64,000 bases of DNA from Okamejei kenojei. Lineage: Eukaryota. The notes under the pieces were generated by a model. It was not told where the DNA came from, searched no databases, and saw nothing but the letters and a program-made list of their open reading frames with translations. The position numbers and the translations under genes were made by a program. The DNA is taken from positions 54,684,001-54,748,000 of the forward strand of contig CM069141.1 in the NCBI GenBank assembly GCA_035221665.1, in the 5' to 3' direction. How positions within the stretch are numbered: position 1 is the stretch's first letter; every line of letters starts with the position of its first letter. Positions 63,201 to 64,000 of the stretch are shown piece by piece.

Positions 63201-63825
63201 GGGCCTGGCAACCCTCCCCCACTGCGCACGCGCGGCCACTGGGGCCCGGCAACCCTCCCCAACTGCGCAGGCGCGGACACTAGGGCCCGGCAAAGTGCCG
63301 CTGATCGCGCGGGCCGGCAAACCGGGGACACATGGCGCCGGCGTTCACCACAGGAGGAACACCGGCGCGGCGGTGTTCCGTAACAGCATGTTTGGCTGCC
63401 GGAACACCGTAAAAAGGTTATTTCGCCGGGACAAAATACGGCGAATCCGGGACACTTGGCATCTCTGGTGGGGTGAAATTGGAGCACCTGTAGGAAACTC
63501 ATTGGGTCACAAAGAGTACGTGAAAATTTCACACAAACAGCACCAGAGGTCAGGATTGAGCCAGGGTCTCTGGCACTGTGAGGTAACAGCTCTACCAGCT
63601 CCACCACTGTGCTGCCCGTTTCTTCTCAGAATGGGAACTTGTAATGCTGCCTTGTCCTCATGACACAGCTCACAATTGTCTGGCATTTAAATCAGTGCAG
63701 GTACCAGTTTCTCCTACCTGGTTTATGGATCCTGCTGCGATAGATAATCGTTGCTCCAACAAGGCCAAGAAGAAGCACAAGGACCATGGGTGTGACTATG
63801 TGGCTCAAATAAGTCTTAACTGATG
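54174..63825 (-). CDS. Gene B (partial, 3' part): convergent ITIM receptor paralog; its ectodomain lies beyond the right edge of the window
   Basis: Exons 63825-63718 (TM), 61258-61154, 54560-54453, 54370-54327 and 54233-54174. All are GT-AG and phase-compatible, and the exon architecture matches the gene A tail. Confidence 0.82.
54327..54370 (-). CDS. Gene B 44-nt micro-exon (phase 1 to 0)
   Basis: cttcaaag|GTAATAAC...GATGCA|gtaagt encodes GNNQSEQSNQQPSDA. Confidence 0.75.
54453..54560 (-). CDS. Gene B cytoplasmic exon (ITIM IYYAAV), duplicate of 61154-61258
   Basis: ttcacag|...CCAG|gtaatt, 108 nt. VHEDQKEPGDSQTVPNSELYSEEEIYYAAVSFQKRP. Confidence 0.82.
58234..59303 (+). mobile_element. Penelope-like element, 5'-truncated, with 15-bp TSD
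   Basis: GIY-YIG FTCTSSNLIYCIRCSRCQMIYIGETKRRLGDRF. TSD ctgtatgataacact at 58219-58233 and 59304-59318. Confidence 0.92.
59212..59239 (+). ncRNA. Minimal hammerhead ribozyme-like motif in the Penelope tail
   Basis: CUGAAGA-A-GGGU(CUCG)ACCC-GAAAC-GUC: conserved core, helix II and palindromic ACGU helix III. Helix I is weak. Confidence 0.55.
59877..60996 (-). mobile_element. Young CR1-clade LINE 3' fragment with intact RT C-terminal frame
   Basis: ORF 59974-61002 has SGVPQGSVLGP, KFADDTKL and RPHLEYCVQFW; (catagaaa)n tail. Confidence 0.93.
61154..61258 (-). CDS. Gene B cytoplasmic exon (ITIM IHYAAV)
   Basis: tttcacag|...CCAG|gtaatt, 105 nt. VNEDQREPESSQTNPNTERCSEEIHYAAVRFQKRP. Confidence 0.82.
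62770..63467. mobile_element. Non-autonomous DNA transposon (hAT-like TIRs) nested in a V-SINE
   Basis: TIRs cagagatgccaa / ttggcatctctg. 6-bp direct repeat gtgggg at 62764-62769 and 63468-63473. Internal GC-rich tandem repeats of about 40 bp at 63120-63290. Confidence 0.75.
63718..63825 (-). CDS. Gene B transmembrane exon
   Basis: tttctttccag|...CCAG|gtagga, 108 nt. ASVKTYLSHIVTPMVLVLLLGLVGATIIYRSRIHKP. Confidence 0.82.
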
Positions 63826-64000
63826 CTGGAAAGAAAAATAAGGAAATGAGGAGAATAAAAAAACAGAATAATGTAAATGAGTAGTTGATCGTTGATGCAG
63901 ACAATTAACTTCTTTCTGTGTGGTATCCTTATTATAACTATAAAACAGATCTTGGATGTGTATTTATTTGTGTGATGTTTGTGTGCGATTCACATCTCCT

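Overview
Vertebrate genomic DNA, very likely a cartilaginous fish such as a skate or ray, judged from its V-SINE, CR1 and Penelope repeats (inference). About half the window is transposable elements: CR1 fragments, a Tc1, two Penelope-like fragments, a Rex1/Babar fragment, a full-length L1 with target-site duplication (TSD), V-SINEs and MITEs. On the + strand I reconstructed a 16-coding-exon immunoglobulin-superfamily receptor gene at 5169-42617 (about 1013 aa). It has a leader, eight Ig exons arranged as a duplicated (V-C2-V-C2) cassette with the CD4/LAG-3/G6F/DICP-type WxC motif in D4 and D8, a TM exon, and six cytoplasmic exons with five tyrosine motifs including two ITIMs. In this assembly the D4 exon carries a 1-nt frameshift. 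On the - strand, 54174-63825 holds the 3' end of a convergent paralog: a 108-nt TM exon, two duplicated ITIM exons, a 44-nt micro-exon and a terminal ITIM exon. The two genes suggest a cluster of inhibitory WxC-clan Ig receptors. All calls come from manual reading; no database searches were run.
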